A DNA stretch of 64,000 nt, from contig DUOB01000039.1 of the NCBI GenBank assembly GCA_012839035.1, positions 245-64,244 on the forward strand, in the 5' to 3' direction. Positions 49,858-60,679 of the stretch are shown piece by piece (position 1 is the first letter of the stretch; every line of letters begins with the position of its first letter). Source of the stretch: Propionibacterium sp. Its GTDB lineage: Bacteria; Actinomycetota; Actinomycetes; Propionibacteriales; Propionibacteriaceae. The notes under the pieces were generated by a model. It saw nothing but the letters and a program-made list of their open reading frames with translations. It did not search any database and had not been told where the DNA came from. Position numbers and translations under genes: made by a program.

Positions 49858-50868
49858 TCAGTAGCCGAGACGCTGCGGACGCAGCTCCTGCCAGGCCAGC
49901 GCGTCCCGGATCCCCTCGGCGAGCGTGTGTTGTGCGCGCCAGCCGAGCAGGCGCTCGGCGCTGTCCGCCGACGCATAGACACCCGCGACATCGCCCGGGC
50001 GCGGTGGCCCTTCCTGGACGTTGACAATGCGGCCAGTGGTCTCCTCATACGCGCGGACGAGATCGCGGACGGTGGACGGCTGGCCGGTGCCGATATTGAT
50101 CGGAACGTAGCGTTCGTCGGCGCAGACCTCGTCGATATTCTCCAGCGCGGCCACATGCGCGAGCGCCAGGTCCCACACGTGGATGTAGTCCCGCAGGCCG
50201 GATCCGTCCGGAGTCGGCCAGTCGCAGCCGGTGATGGTGAAAATCTCGTCGTTGAGATCGGCGTTCATGATCCGGCCGAGCACATGGGTCTGATCCGCGA
50301 CCTGCTGGCCGGTGCGCAGCTTCGGGTCGGCGCCGAGGGGGTTGAAATAGCGCAGCGGCAGCACGGACAGTGCGCCAGTGGCGGCGACGTCGGCCAGCAC
50401 CCACTCCATCATCGCCTTTGTGCGCGCATAGGGGCTCTGCGGGCCGAGCGGTGAGGATTCCGTCACGAGGAACTGCTCCGCACTGGTGCCCTCAGTCTGC
50501 ACCGGGGCATAGACCGATGCGGAGGATGAGAAGACGACGCGCCGCACTCCGTGGCGGACGAGGGCGTCCGCCAGCTCGATGCTCTTGGCCACGTTGTTCC
50601 GGTAGTAACCGAGCGGATCTTCGACAGACTCCGGCACGATGATCGATGCCGCGCAGTGCACGACCGCATCAATGTCGCCCCGGCCGAGCACGCTGTCCAG
50701 GAGTGCGGGGTCACCGACGTCGCCTTCCACGAACTCGCGGCCCTCGGCATATTCCCTGCGACCCGTCGACAGATCGTCCAGCACCACGACCTCGTGGCCG
50801 GCATCCAGGCATGCCGAGCCGATCGTGGCGCCGATATATCCCGCGCCCCCGGTGATGAGCACTTTCAT
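49858..50868 (-). CDS. galE: UDP-glucose 4-epimerase
   Basis: MKVLITGGAGYIGA...YxxxK region (SPYARTKAMME). 336 aa; the longer track ORF (to 51609) is an upstream extension. Confidence 0.9.
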   Translation of the reverse strand: MKVLITGGAGYIGATIGSACLDAGHEVVVLDDLSTGRREYAEGREFVEGDVGDPALLDSVLGRGDIDAVVHCAASIIVPESVEDPLGYYRNNVAKSIELADALVRHGVRRVVFSSSASVYAPVQTEGTSAEQFLVTESSPLGPQSPYARTKAMMEWVLADVAATGALSVLPLRYFNPLGADPKLRTGQQVADQTHVLGRIMNADLNDEIFTITGCDWPTPDGSGLRDYIHVWDLALAHVAALENIDEVCADERYVPINIGTGQPSTVRDLVRAYEETTGRIVNVQEGPPRPGDVAGVYASADSAERLLGWRAQHTLAEGIRDALAWQELRPQRLGY

Positions 50869-51288
50869 GGAAACCCCCTCGAGGTGGACCAGTTCGTTGT
50901 CCGATCCTTGCAGGTACGCGGTGCTCCCCGCCCCGGGCCCGTGGGATCGTGGTGCCGCACGTGGCAACAGTCTGCCGACGCGCCCGAGCGCGGGGGACGG
51001 AATTTGGCAGGCCCCCCTTGTTGTGTCTAAGATTGACGGGTTGCCTCGACGGGGTCGCTGGGGCGTGCTGTGGGTGAGATCGGCAATGGCCGGTTCGTTC
51101 CCTGGTCGCCGAACCTGAGACCTCGCCACGCCAGGCGGGCAGCGCCGGGCCTCCCCTTTTGCAGGATCTGATTCTGCTCGGGCTTGCTCAAAAGGCGCGA
51201 CACGCCCGACCGCGTGGGTCGGAGGTCCGGCACGGCCGGGACTCATCGGGGCAGCGCCGGACCAACAGGGACGAGAGAAGGACGAACT

Positions 51289-51597
51289 GTGGCGGGACAA
51301 AAGATCCGCATCAGGCTCAAGGCCTATGACCATGAGGTCATCGACTCCTCCGCGCGCAAGATCGTCGACACGGTCACGCGGACGGGTGCGAAGGTCGCCG
51401 GCCCGGTGCCTCTGCCGACTGAAAAGAACGTGTTCTGTGTGATCCGTTCGCCTCACAAATACAAGGACAGCCGCGAGCACTTCGAGATGCGTACGCACAA
51501 GCGGCTGATCGACATCATTGACCCCACCCCGAAGACGGTTGATTCGCTCATGCGCCTCGACCTGCCGGCGGGTGTGGACATCGAGATCAAGCTCTGA
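51289..51597 (+). CDS. rpsJ: 30S ribosomal protein S10
   Basis: [26 protein letters not shown]...; 102 aa; GTG start after GAGAGAAGGA. Confidence 0.97.
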   Translation: MAGQKIRIRLKAYDHEVIDSSARKIVDTVTRTGAKVAGPVPLPTEKNVFCVIRSPHKYKDSREHFEMRTHKRLIDIIDPTPKTVDSLMRLDLPAGVDIEIKL

Positions 51598-51611
51598 GGG
51601 AGGTGGCACAG

Positions 51612-52289
51612 ATGAGTTCCACGAAGACCAATCAGAACGAACGGACCGTGAAGGGCATTCTGGGCACCAAGCTCGGAATGACCCAGCTCTGGGACGAGAA
51701 CAACCGCGTCGTGCCCGTGACCGTGATCAAGGCCGGCCCCTGCGTCGTGACCCAGGTCCGGACACCGGAGACCGACGGCTACAACGCCGTCCAGCTCGGT
51801 TTCGGCGCGATCAAGGCCAAGAAGGTCACCAAGCCCTCGGCCGGCCACTTCGACAAGGCCGGGGTCACCCCCCGGAAGCACCTCGTCGAGCTGCGCACCG
51901 CTGACGCTTCCGAATACACGCTCGGGCAGGAACTGGGCGCCGACGTGTTCGAGGCAGGCAACATCGTCGATGTGACCGGCGTCAGCCGCGGCAAGGGCAC
52001 CGCTGGTGTCATGAAGCGGCACGGCTTCGCGGGCCTGCGCGCCTCCCATGGTGTGCATCGCAAGCACCGCGCTCCTGGGTCGATCGGCGGGTGCGCAACC
52101 CCCGGTCGCGTGTTCAAGGGCATGGCGATGGCCGGTCGCATGGGCGTGGACCGGGTCACGGTGCAGAACCTGACCGTGCACGCGGTGGATGCCGAGCGCG
52201 GCCTGATCCTGGTCAAGGGCGCGATTCCCGGCCCGAAGCACGGGCTCGTGGTCGTGCGGACTGCTGCCAAGAAGGGTGAGAAGGCATGA
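51612..52289 (+). CDS. rplC: 50S ribosomal protein L3
   Basis: [16 protein letters not shown]... ATG at 51612 is 8 nt after GAGGGAGG; the track ORF opens at GTG 51603. Confidence 0.96.
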   Translation: MSSTKTNQNERTVKGILGTKLGMTQLWDENNRVVPVTVIKAGPCVVTQVRTPETDGYNAVQLGFGAIKAKKVTKPSAGHFDKAGVTPRKHLVELRTADASEYTLGQELGADVFEAGNIVDVTGVSRGKGTAGVMKRHGFAGLRASHGVHRKHRAPGSIGGCATPGRVFKGMAMAGRMGVDRVTVQNLTVHAVDAERGLILVKGAIPGPKHGLVVVRTAAKKGEKA

Positions 52290-52972
52290 GCGAAGCAACC
52301 CAGAGCTTGACCGTCGACGTCGTCGACTCGAAGGGCGCCAAGGTCGGCAGCGCCGATCTCCCCGCGGAGTTGTTCGGCGTCGAGCCCAACATCCCGCTGA
52401 TGCACCAGGTGGTCGTGGCACAGCTCGCCGCGGCACGCCAGGGCACGCACGCCACCAAGACCCGCGGCATGGTCCGTGGCGGTGGCGCGAAGCCGTGGCG
52501 CCAGAAGGGCACCGGCCGCGCCCGGCACGGATCGCGTCGCTCGCCCCAGTGGACCGGTGGCGGTGTCGTGCATGGCCCGCAGCCGCGCGACTATTCCCAG
52601 CGGACCCCCAAGAAGATGATCGCCGCGGCGCTCCGCGGCGCGTTGTCCGACCGGGCCGCCGAGGGTCGCGTCAAGGTGCTGAGCGGGATCGTCGAGGGCG
52701 ACGTGCCCTCCACCAAGCAGGCACTCGCTGCGCTGGCCAATGTGACCGAGACCGGCAAGGTCCTGGTCGCCCTGCATCGCGACGAGGATCTTGCGTGGCT
52801 GAGCCTGCGCAACGCACTCGACGTGCATGTGCTGGTCGTTGACCAGCTCAACGCCTATGACGTGTTGGTTGCCGACGAGATCGTGTTCACCAGTGCTGCT
52901 CTCGACGCTTTCGTGTCCAAGGGCAAGCCGGCCGCTGAAGCGAACGAGACCGTGGAGGAGGAGTCCAAGTGA
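52286..52972 (+). CDS. rplD: 50S ribosomal protein L4
   Basis: [19 protein letters not shown] motif; ATGA overlap with rplC. Confidence 0.97.
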   Translation: MSEATQSLTVDVVDSKGAKVGSADLPAELFGVEPNIPLMHQVVVAQLAAARQGTHATKTRGMVRGGGAKPWRQKGTGRARHGSRRSPQWTGGGVVHGPQPRDYSQRTPKKMIAAALRGALSDRAAEGRVKVLSGIVEGDVPSTKQALAALANVTETGKVLVALHRDEDLAWLSLRNALDVHVLVVDQLNAYDVLVADEIVFTSAALDAFVSKGKPAAEANETVEEESK

Positions 52973-53280
52973 GTGACGCCCTGAAGATCCGCGACCACCG
53001 CGACGTTCTGCTCGCGCCGGTCGTGTCGGAGAAGTCCTATGGGCTGCTCGACCAGAACAAATACACGTTCCTGGTTGCCAAGGACGCGAACAAGACCGAG
53101 ATCAAGATCGCCGTGGAGAAGGTCTTCGATGTCAAGGTCACGAATGTCAACACCGTGAACCGGGTCGGCAAGACCCGCCGCACGCGCGCGGGCCTGGGCA
53201 AGCGCCCCGACACCAAGCGCGCGATCGTCACGGTCGCCGACGGACAGCGCATCGACATCTTCGGCCAGACGGGCGCCTGA
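52969..53280 (+). CDS. rplW: 50S ribosomal protein L23
   Basis: [13 protein letters not shown]...[22 protein letters not shown]; GTGA overlap. Confidence 0.97.
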   Translation: MSDALKIRDHRDVLLAPVVSEKSYGLLDQNKYTFLVAKDANKTEIKIAVEKVFDVKVTNVNTVNRVGKTRRTRAGLGKRPDTKRAIVTVADGQRIDIFGQTGA

Positions 53281-53315
53281 GGCGCTGGCTGACCTTCGAA
53301 AAGGAAGAGAACCCC

Positions 53316-54152
53316 ATGGGAGTCCGAAAGTACAAGCCGACAACGCCGGGCCGTCGCGGCTCGTCCGTTGCCGACTTCGTCGAGCTCACCCGCTCGACTC
53401 CGGAGAAGTCGCTGCTGGTCCCGAAGACCAAGACCGGCGGCCGAAACAACTCGGGCCGCATCACCAGCCGGCATATCGGCGGTGGTCACAAGCAGGCCTA
53501 TCGCGTGATCGATTTCAAGCGCTACGACAAGGACGGTGTGCCGGCCAAGGTCGCGCACATCGAATATGACCCGAACCGCACGGCGCGCATCGCGCTGCTG
53601 CACTATGCCGACGGTGAGAAGCGCTACATCATTGCGCCGCAGAACCTGAAGCAGGGCATGGCGGTCGAGGCGGGCGAGGGCGCGGACATCAAGCCGGGCA
53701 ACAACCTCGCGCTGCGCAACATCCCGGTCGGCACCACCGTGCATGCCGTGGAACTCCGCCCCGGCGGCGGTGCCAAGCTCGGCCGCTCGGCCGGTGCATC
53801 CATCCAGCTGGTCGCCCGTGAGGGCAAGATGGCCACCCTGCGCATGCCTTCGGGTGAAATGCGCATGGTTGACGTACGCTGCCGCGCCACCATCGGCGAG
53901 GTCGGCAACTCGGAGCAGGCCAACATCAGCTGGGGCAAGGCGGGCCGCAACCGCTGGCGGGGCAAGCGCCCGAGCGTTCGCGGTGTCGTCATGAACCCGG
54001 TGGACCACCCCCATGGCGGTGGCGAGGGCAAGACCTCCGGTGGCCGTCACCCGGTGTCCCCGTGGGGCAAGAAGGAAGGCCGCACCCGGGACAAGAACAA
54101 GGCGAGCAATCGTCTGATCGTCCGTCGCCGCAAGACCGGCAAGAAGCGCTGA
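53316..54152 (+). CDS. rplB: 50S ribosomal protein L2
   Basis: [15 protein letters not shown]...[12 protein letters not shown]; 278 aa. Confidence 0.98.
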   Translation: MGVRKYKPTTPGRRGSSVADFVELTRSTPEKSLLVPKTKTGGRNNSGRITSRHIGGGHKQAYRVIDFKRYDKDGVPAKVAHIEYDPNRTARIALLHYADGEKRYIIAPQNLKQGMAVEAGEGADIKPGNNLALRNIPVGTTVHAVELRPGGGAKLGRSAGASIQLVAREGKMATLRMPSGEMRMVDVRCRATIGEVGNSEQANISWGKAGRNRWRGKRPSVRGVVMNPVDHPHGGGEGKTSGGRHPVSPWGKKEGRTRDKNKASNRLIVRRRKTGKKR

Positions 54153-54170
54153 TCGGGAGTCTGAGGGAAA

Positions 54171-54458
54171 ATGCCACGCAGCCTTAAGAAGGGTCCATTC
54201 GTCGACGACCACCTGCTCAAGAAGGTGGAGGTCCAGGCGGAGAAGGGCACCAAGAACTCTGTTATCAAGACCTGGTCGCGCCGTTCGATGATCATTCCCG
54301 ACATGATCGGTCTGACCATCGCCGTGCACGACGGTCGCAAGCACGTGCCGGTCTTCATCACCGACTCCATGGTTGGTCACAAGCTGGGCGAGTTCGCGCC
54401 CACGCGGACCTTCCGTGGCCACGTCAAGGATGACCGCAAGTCCAAGCGCGGACGCTGA
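54171..54458 (+). CDS. rpsS: 30S ribosomal protein S19
   Basis: [19 protein letters not shown]...[13 protein letters not shown]. Confidence 0.98.
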   Translation: MPRSLKKGPFVDDHLLKKVEVQAEKGTKNSVIKTWSRRSMIIPDMIGLTIAVHDGRKHVPVFITDSMVGHKLGEFAPTRTFRGHVKDDRKSKRGR

Positions 54459-54477
54459 GAATAGGAACGAGAATCTG

Positions 54478-54945
54478 ATGAGCACTCTCCAGAAGGCGCG
54501 GCCGAGCCGTCGCGCTGCACTGCTCGGGGATCGTCCTGGCTCGTACGCCATCGCCCGGCACGTGCGGATGTCGCCGACCAAGGTCCGTCGCGTCATCGAC
54601 ATCGTGCGTGGGCTCGATGTCAACGAAGCACTGGACATCCTCAAGTTTGCCCCGCAGGCCGCGGCTGAACCGGTCTACAAGGTGATCGCCTCCGCTGCAG
54701 CCAATGCGCAGCAGACCGAGAACCTTCGCGCCGAGGGCCTGTACGTTTCGCAGGCTTTCGTCGATGAGGGCATGACCATGCGCCGCATCCGGCCGCGGGC
54801 CAAGGGCTCCGCGTCGCGGATCATGAAGCGCTCCAGCCACATCACCGTGGTCGTGGAGCCGCAGGCAGCCCGGGAGGCGGCGCGTACCAAGAAGAACAAG
54901 TCCGACAAGGCCGACACGTCGGTCAAGACCGAGAAGGAGGCCTGA
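54478..54945 (+). CDS. rplV: 50S ribosomal protein L22 (with Lys-rich C-terminal extension)
   Basis: [20 protein letters not shown]...; the ATG at 54478 fits the conserved N-terminus; 155 aa. Confidence 0.96.
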   Translation: MSTLQKARPSRRAALLGDRPGSYAIARHVRMSPTKVRRVIDIVRGLDVNEALDILKFAPQAAAEPVYKVIASAAANAQQTENLRAEGLYVSQAFVDEGMTMRRIRPRAKGSASRIMKRSSHITVVVEPQAAREAARTKKNKSDKADTSVKTEKEA

Positions 54946-54947
54946 GC

Positions 54948-55793
54948 ATGGGGCAGAAGATCAATCCCAATGGCTTCCGCCTGGGCATCACGACCGACCA
55001 CAAGACGCGGTGGTACGCCGACAAGCAGTATTCCGAGTTCGTCGGTGAGGACATCAAGATCCGGGACTTTCTCACCTCCGATCTGGAGCGTGCAGGGATT
55101 TCGTCGGTGGAGATCGAGCGTCGCTCCGAGCGAGTGACGATCTATCTGTACGCCGCCCGTCCGGGCATCGTCATCGGTCGCAACGGCCTGGAGGCGGAGC
55201 GCGTCCGCGGGGCGCTCGAGAAGCTCACCGGCAAGCAGGTGCAGTTGAACATCCTCGAGGTCAAGAATCCCGAGACCGATGCCCAGCTCGTCGCGCAGGG
55301 CGTGGCCGAGCAGCTCGGGCAGCGTGTGGCATTCCGTCGCGCGATGCGCAAGGCGCAGCAGTCCGCGATGCGGGCCGGCGCGAAGGGCATCCGGATCAAG
55401 TGCTCCGGCCGTCTCGGCGGTGCTGAAATGTCGCGCGCAGAGTTCTACCGTGAGGGCCGTGTGCCCTTGCACACCCTCCGCGCCGACATCGACTACGGCT
55501 TCTTCGAGGCCCGCACGACCTTCGGCCGCATCGGGGTGAAGGTCTGGATCTACAAGGGTGATGTTTCCGGCACCCGTGCCGAGCGCGCCGCGCAGAAGGC
55601 GGCCCGTCAGAACGCTCCGAGCGGCCGTGGCGGTCGTCCGGGTCGTGGCGGTCGCCCGGGTCGTGGCGATCGTCCCGAGCGTGGCGGTCGCCGTCGCGGC
55701 GGTGACGCACAGCGCACGGAGAGCGCCGATCGGGCACCGCAGCAGCAAGCTGCGCCCGAGGCCCCGTCCGCAACCGAGACCGCAGGAGCCTGA
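54948..55793 (+). CDS. rpsC: 30S ribosomal protein S3 (with RGG-rich C-terminal extension)
   Basis: [18 protein letters not shown]...; 281 aa; the tail is [27 protein letters not shown]. Confidence 0.98.
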   Translation: MGQKINPNGFRLGITTDHKTRWYADKQYSEFVGEDIKIRDFLTSDLERAGISSVEIERRSERVTIYLYAARPGIVIGRNGLEAERVRGALEKLTGKQVQLNILEVKNPETDAQLVAQGVAEQLGQRVAFRRAMRKAQQSAMRAGAKGIRIKCSGRLGGAEMSRAEFYREGRVPLHTLRADIDYGFFEARTTFGRIGVKVWIYKGDVSGTRAERAAQKAARQNAPSGRGGRPGRGGRPGRGDRPERGGRRRGGDAQRTESADRAPQQQAAPEAPSATETAGA

Positions 55794-55795
55794 GC

Positions 55796-56215
55796 ATGCT
55801 GATTCCTCGTCGTGTCAAGTTCCGCAAGCAGCACCACCCGAAGCGCTCCGGCGCTGCCAAGGGCGGCACTGAGATTGCGTTCGGTGACTATGGCATCCAG
55901 GCTCTCGAGCCGGCGTACGTCACCAACCGACAGATCGAGTCTGCGCGTATCGCGATGACTCGTCACATCAAGCGAGGCGGAAAGGTGTGGATCAACATCT
56001 ATCCCGACCGCCCGCTGACCAAGAAGCCGGCTGAAACCCGCATGGGTTCCGGCAAGGGCTCCCCCGAGTGGTGGGTGGCCAACATCAAGCCGGGTCGCGT
56101 CATGTTCGAGCTGGCCGGTGTGCCGGAGGACGTCGCGCGTGAGGCCATGCGTCTGGCGATCCACAAGTTGCCCATGAAGGCGCGCTTCATCAAGCGTGAA
56201 GGTGGTGATATCTGA
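55796..56215 (+). CDS. rplP: 50S ribosomal protein L16
   Basis: [13 protein letters not shown]...[12 protein letters not shown]. Confidence 0.98.
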   Translation: MLIPRRVKFRKQHHPKRSGAAKGGTEIAFGDYGIQALEPAYVTNRQIESARIAMTRHIKRGGKVWINIYPDRPLTKKPAETRMGSGKGSPEWWVANIKPGRVMFELAGVPEDVAREAMRLAIHKLPMKARFIKREGGDI

Positions 56216-56481
56216 TGGCGAAGCAGGCTACGACTGCCACAGAGCTGCGCGAGCTCAGCCGCGAGGCTCTGAACGCCAAGGTGACCGAGCTGAAGGAAGA
56301 GCTCTTCACCCTTCGATTCCAGGCCGCCACCGGTCAGCTGGAGTCCAACGGCCGCCTGCGCAATGTCCGCAAGGACATCGCACGGATCTATACCGTGCTG
56401 CAGGAGCGCAACCTCGGCATCGTCCCCGAGCCCGAGGTGACCGCCGAGCCCGAGAAGTCCGACAGCAAGAAGAAGGCCTGA
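56215..56481 (+). CDS. rpmC: 50S ribosomal protein L29
   Basis: [33 protein letters not shown]. Confidence 0.96.
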   Translation: MAKQATTATELRELSREALNAKVTELKEELFTLRFQAATGQLESNGRLRNVRKDIARIYTVLQERNLGIVPEPEVTAEPEKSDSKKKA

Positions 56482-56482
56482 C

Positions 56483-56785
56483 ATGAGTGAAACCACTGAG
56501 AACGTCGGGGCCCCCGAGCAGACGGAGGAGCAGGAGCGGTCGGCCCGCAAGGTCCGTACCGGTTACGTCGTCAGCGACAAGATGCAGAAGACCATCGTCG
56601 TCGCCGTCGAGGACCGCGTGAAGCACCGTCTCTACGGCAAGGTCATGCGCCGCACCATCCGGCTCAAGGCCCACGACGAGAACAACGAAGCCGGCATCGG
56701 CGACCGCGTGCGGGTCATGGAGACTCGCCCGTTGTCCGCCACCAAGCGCTGGCGCCTCCTCGAGATCGTCGAGAAGGCCAAGTAA
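56483..56785 (+). CDS. rpsQ: 30S ribosomal protein S17
   Basis: [22 protein letters not shown]...[22 protein letters not shown]. Confidence 0.97.
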   Translation: MSETTENVGAPEQTEEQERSARKVRTGYVVSDKMQKTIVVAVEDRVKHRLYGKVMRRTIRLKAHDENNEAGIGDRVRVMETRPLSATKRWRLLEIVEKAK

Positions 56786-56797
56786 TCCAATTGCGCT

Positions 56798-56840
56798 CGG
56801 CCCCCCCGCAGCTCCCCGATCGGGATCTGTGAGGGGGCCG
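56798..56840 (+). terminator. Hairpin after rpsQ (end of the S10 operon in this genome)
   Basis: CGGCCCCC (56798-56805) pairs with GGGGGCCG (56833-56840). There is an inner palindrome CCCGATCGGG, and TTCCATTCTG follows. Confidence 0.4.
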
Positions 56841-56923
56841 TTCCATTCTGCGGAGCGATTTGTGGTGTACGCCACTGCGCCGCCTAGAGTTGAGCCATCA
56901 GTTCAAGAGACTGATAACCCCCT

Positions 56924-56968
56924 CACGAGGGCCGATGCATCCGGGCGAACCCTGGACCGGCCCTCGTG
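56924..56968 (-). terminator. Hairpin downstream of the TM2-domain gene
   Basis: CACGAGGGCCG (56924-56934) pairs perfectly with CGGCCCTCGTG (56958-56968). It lies 31 nt past the minus-strand stop at 56999. Confidence 0.4.
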
Positions 56969-56998
56969 GCAATTGTGGAGCAGTGCCGCGAAGAACTC

Positions 56999-57670
56999 TC
57001 AGGGCCGCAGCGGGCGTCCTTGAGCGTCCCGCGAGTTGCCCGCCAGCATCATGATCCCGTCGATCAGCCCCCAGAGGGCGCCGACCCCGAAGGTCACAAG
57101 GCTGACAAGCAGCTGGGCGACGCCAAGGCCGACGTGTCCGGTATAGAAGCGACCCACACCAAGCCCGCCGAAGAAGATTCCCAGAAGGCCGGCTGCGAGT
57201 TTGCTCTTGTCCGAATACGGCAGACCGGACAACGGATCGACGCCATAGGGAGCCGCTGCATAAACCGCCGGAGGGGCCGTGTAGCCCACCTGCGGGGGAT
57301 AGTTCTGCTGGGCTCCGTAGTCCTGCTGCGGGGGATAGTTCTGCTGAGCGCCGTAGCCTTGTTGTGACCAGTCCTGTTGTGTCCCGTAGTCCTGTTGTGC
57401 CCCGTAGCCCTGCTGCGAATAGTCCTGCTGTGCCCCGTAGTCCTGCCCGGGATAGCTGGCCGATTCGGCGGAACTTGACCAGACGTCCTGATTGTGCGAA
57501 GCCCCATAGGGTTCCGAGGCGGACGGCATGGAGGCGGAGGGGGTCCAGGCGGACGGTTCCGAAGCCGAGGGCGCCGAGGCATGGGGTTCGGATGCGGAGG
57601 GCTCGGAAGCAGGATTGTACGCCTGCCAGTCGGAGCCACTTTGATCTGATCCGAACGGTTGCTGGGACAT
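56999..57670 (-). CDS. TM2-domain membrane protein with a long Q/Y/G/S-rich low-complexity N-terminal region
   Basis: The C-terminal ~60 aa (KLAAGLLGIFFGGLGVGRFYTGH...GALWGLIDGIMML) match the TM2 two-helix domain. The N-terminal ~150 aa hold SASEP and QQDYGAQQ(D/N)Y repeats. Confidence 0.8.
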   Translation of the reverse strand: MSQQPFGSDQSGSDWQAYNPASEPSASEPHASAPSASEPSAWTPSASMPSASEPYGASHNQDVWSSSAESASYPGQDYGAQQDYSQQGYGAQQDYGTQQDWSQQGYGAQQNYPPQQDYGAQQNYPPQVGYTAPPAVYAAAPYGVDPLSGLPYSDKSKLAAGLLGIFFGGLGVGRFYTGHVGLGVAQLLVSLVTFGVGALWGLIDGIMMLAGNSRDAQGRPLRP

Positions 57671-57787
57671 GGGGCCTCCTCGGTTACAGCACTTCCGTTG
57701 ACGTCAATCTAGTCGACGAAGGGTGCCGGAGGGGACGGAGAACAGGGGTTGGTCTGTTGCTGTTCAGCTCGCCCCCGCTGCTCGGTG

Positions 57788-58714
57788 TCAGCGCTGGCGG
57801 AGGTTGCGCAACCACTCCTCGGCCGCACGGTAGCTCTCGTCCGAGTGCCCATTGCCGACCTCCGGACGGAGCTGGTCGGCACGGGGGTAGGAGCCGAGGA
57901 AGGTCACCTCGCGTGATGTGCGCTTGAGCCCCTTTATGGCGCCGGCCATCCGGTGGTCGTTGATGTGCCCCTCGGCGTCGATCGAGAAGCTGTAATGTCC
58001 GCGTACCAACCGGGAAGGTCGCGACTCGATTCGTGACAGGTTCACTCCTCGCGAGGCGAACTGCTCCAGCATCCGGAGCAGCGCGCCGGCCTCGTCGTCG
58101 CGCAGGAACACGGTGAGGGTGGTCTTGTCCGCGCCCGTACGCTCCGTCGGCGTACCGGGTTTCGTCACAAGGATGAACCGGGTGACGGCCTCCTTGTTGT
58201 CGGCGATCGCCGTGGCCAACGCCTCCAGCTTGTGCATCTCACCCGCTGCGGAGGAGCAGATCGTTGCCTGGAACTTCGAGTGGGGGTCCGCGACCTCCGC
58301 TGCGCCGGCCGCGGTCGAACCGCCCTCGTGCACGGTGGCCTGCGGCAGGTTGGTGTTCACCCATTCGCGGCACTGGGCGGCAGCGTGCGGGTGGGTGACG
58401 ATGCGCTTCACATCCTTGAGCCTGGTGCCCGGACGCCCGCAGAGGTTGAACTCAACAGGGAGCAGCACCTCACGGGTGATCATCAGTGGGCGACCATAGG
58501 TGAGGTTGTCCAGCGTCGCTGATACCCCGCCCTCGATGCTGTTCTCGATCGGCACGAGCGTGGCCGCGACGTCCTCGTTGCGCACGGCCTCGAGAGCCGC
58601 CACCACCGAGGGATAGGGCCGCAGGTGCCCGGGGAGGTCCGGCAGGGTCAGCAATGCCTCATGGCAAAAAGTCCCGGCCGGTCCCAGATAGCCGTACGCC
58701 GCGGTCTTGCTCAC
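57788..58714 (-). CDS. pheA: Prephenate dehydratase
   Basis: YLGPAGTFCHEA..., the TRF region and an ACT domain with the ESRP motif (NLSRIESRPSR); 308 aa. Confidence 0.92.
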   Translation of the reverse strand: MSKTAAYGYLGPAGTFCHEALLTLPDLPGHLRPYPSVVAALEAVRNEDVAATLVPIENSIEGGVSATLDNLTYGRPLMITREVLLPVEFNLCGRPGTRLKDVKRIVTHPHAAAQCREWVNTNLPQATVHEGGSTAAGAAEVADPHSKFQATICSSAAGEMHKLEALATAIADNKEAVTRFILVTKPGTPTERTGADKTTLTVFLRDDEAGALLRMLEQFASRGVNLSRIESRPSRLVRGHYSFSIDAEGHINDHRMAGAIKGLKRTSREVTFLGSYPRADQLRPEVGNGHSDESYRAAEEWLRNLRQR

Positions 58715-58766
58715 AGATCTCTCCTCGTCGAGGGTGGTACGCCGACACCGCAGGCTATCGCCCTGC

Positions 58767-60041
58767 TCAGCGCTGCGCGTACACCTTCCGCGCGGTGACC
58801 ACGGCGATCAGCGAGAACAGGCACAGAACGGAGTAGTAGAAGCCGGGTACGGTCAGCACCTGCGTCACCCCGACGAGCCAGGAGAGGATCAGGGGTGCGA
58901 AACCACCGAAGATGGCGACGCCGAAGGAGTACGCGATCGTCATTCCCGAACCACGGACCTCGACGGGGAAGAAGTCCGACAGCAGCGCGGGCATCGGCGC
59001 GAAATAGAAACACATGAAGATGCCGACGATGACTTCACAGATCGTCAGGACCGCGATCGACGGATTGTTGGTCAACAGCCAGAAGATCGGCCAGCCCGCG
59101 AGGATCCCGGCGATCGCGGCGGGGATCATGATCGTCGTGGGCCCGACCCTGTCGGCGAGCATGCCAACGAACGGCGACCCGATGAGCGTGATGACGCCGG
59201 CGACCACGGCGCCGGGGAATGCCGCCCAGGCCGGGAGTTCGAGGTTCTGCACCGCGTACTGCGGCAGATAGGTGATGAGATAGACGGAGATGGTCGCCAT
59301 CGCGATGATCGCGAACGCCGTGATCAGGCGCCCGAAGTGGGTGCCGAAGAGGGTCGCGACCGGTCGCTCGAGGGGAGTGGCTGCCTCGAACTCGGGGGTG
59401 TCGGTCATCTTCGAACGGATGTACCACCCGACTGGACCGATCAAGAGCCCGAGAGCGAAGGCAATGCGCCAACCCCAGCTGTGGAGGGCCTCCGTGGACA
59501 GCGTGGATGTCAACAGCCAGGCGATGCCGGCCGCCATGAACATCGCCACGCCCTGGGTGGCAACCTGCCAGGAGGCATAGAACGCCTTCCCGCGCTTCGC
59601 GTTTTCCGTGAGGAATGCGGTGGCCGAGCCGAACTCACCGCCGGCGCTGATCCCCTGGATGATCCGGGCGATCGCGAGGATGACCGCGGCACTCACGCCC
59701 AACGTGTTCGCCCCCGGCAGCACGACGATGATGAACACACCGAGCGTCATGAGCAGGATCGTCAGACTCAGGGCTGCCTTGCGACCGTGTCGGTCCGCGT
59801 AGTTGCCGATCAGAACGGCACCGAGTGGCCGCACGACGAACGTGATCGCGAACGTCGCCCACGTCATCAGAGTGTTGGCCAGGCCCTCGCCCGGATAGAA
59901 CACAGCGGTGATCGTGCTGGCCATGAAGCCGAAGAGCACGATGTCGTACCACTCCAGGGCGTTGCCCAGCGAAGCGGCGACGACGGCCTTGCGTGCGCGG
60001 GCACGTTCGGCGGCGGACTCGAGAGTCGCTGTTGGTGACAT
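58767..60041 (-). CDS. MFS transporter, metabolite:H+ symporter (MHS, ProP/KgtP-like) family
   Basis: GNALEWYDIVLFGF N-terminal signature and ADRHGRKAAL loop motif; 424 aa, 12 TM. Confidence 0.85.
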   Translation of the reverse strand: MSPTATLESAAERARARKAVVAASLGNALEWYDIVLFGFMASTITAVFYPGEGLANTLMTWATFAITFVVRPLGAVLIGNYADRHGRKAALSLTILLMTLGVFIIVVLPGANTLGVSAAVILAIARIIQGISAGGEFGSATAFLTENAKRGKAFYASWQVATQGVAMFMAAGIAWLLTSTLSTEALHSWGWRIAFALGLLIGPVGWYIRSKMTDTPEFEAATPLERPVATLFGTHFGRLITAFAIIAMATISVYLITYLPQYAVQNLELPAWAAFPGAVVAGVITLIGSPFVGMLADRVGPTTIMIPAAIAGILAGWPIFWLLTNNPSIAVLTICEVIVGIFMCFYFAPMPALLSDFFPVEVRGSGMTIAYSFGVAIFGGFAPLILSWLVGVTQVLTVPGFYYSVLCLFSLIAVVTARKVYAQR

Positions 60042-60105
60042 GGGGATCCTTGGTCGGCAGAGGGGAATGGTTGCTTTGCCCGGCCTGTTGCTGGACTGTC
60101 GGCTA

Positions 60106-60600
60106 TCAGGCCTCGCTCATCTCGATGGCAAGAAGGCGCCGCTTGACCTCGATCCCGCCGGCATAGCCGATCAATGCACCGTCCCTGCCGACGAGGCGGT
60201 GACAGGGGACGATGATCGACCACGGATTGCGCCCGGTTGCCGCCCCCACCGCTCTGGATGCCGTGGGGCGCCCGATGGCTCGGGCGAGTTCACCATAGGT
60301 CATGGTTTCCCCGTACCCGATCCCGCGCAGCGCCGCCCAGACCTCCGCTTGGAACGCCGTGCCCCGGGGCGCCAGCTCGAGCTGGAAATCGGTGCGTTTC
60401 CCGGCGAAATACTCGGTCAACTGCGCCACCACCTCGTGGCCCACCGAGTCGTCGCGCTCGCCGAGCAGTTCCGGCGGAGGCCAGTGATTCTGCCCGGCGT
60501 TGTAGACCCCCACCAAGCGCCCGTCCGCGTCGATGACGATGGTGATCTCGCCGACGGGCGAGTGCCAGACGCGGTGGCGGTTCGGCTGTGTCGCGTTCAC
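60106..60600 (-). CDS. ogt: Methylated-DNA--protein-cysteine methyltransferase
   Basis: Active-site IIVPCHRLV and the helix-turn-wing YGELARAIGRP; 164 aa. Confidence 0.92.
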   Translation of the reverse strand: MNATQPNRHRVWHSPVGEITIVIDADGRLVGVYNAGQNHWPPPELLGERDDSVGHEVVAQLTEYFAGKRTDFQLELAPRGTAFQAEVWAALRGIGYGETMTYGELARAIGRPTASRAVGAATGRNPWSIIVPCHRLVGRDGALIGYAGGIEVKRRLLAIEMSEA

Positions 60601-60679
60601 GATGCCTCCCGTTCAGCCGGGCTTCTTCCCGGCAGGTGGTTGATGCGGTGTTGGTGGAAAAGCGACAGGGACCTCACAA

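Noticed and set aside
51080-51125. GGTTCGTTCCC segment resembling a tRNA T-arm in the rpsJ upstream region
   Set aside because: No acceptor stem, D-arm or anticodon arm can be folded around it, so it is not a tRNA.
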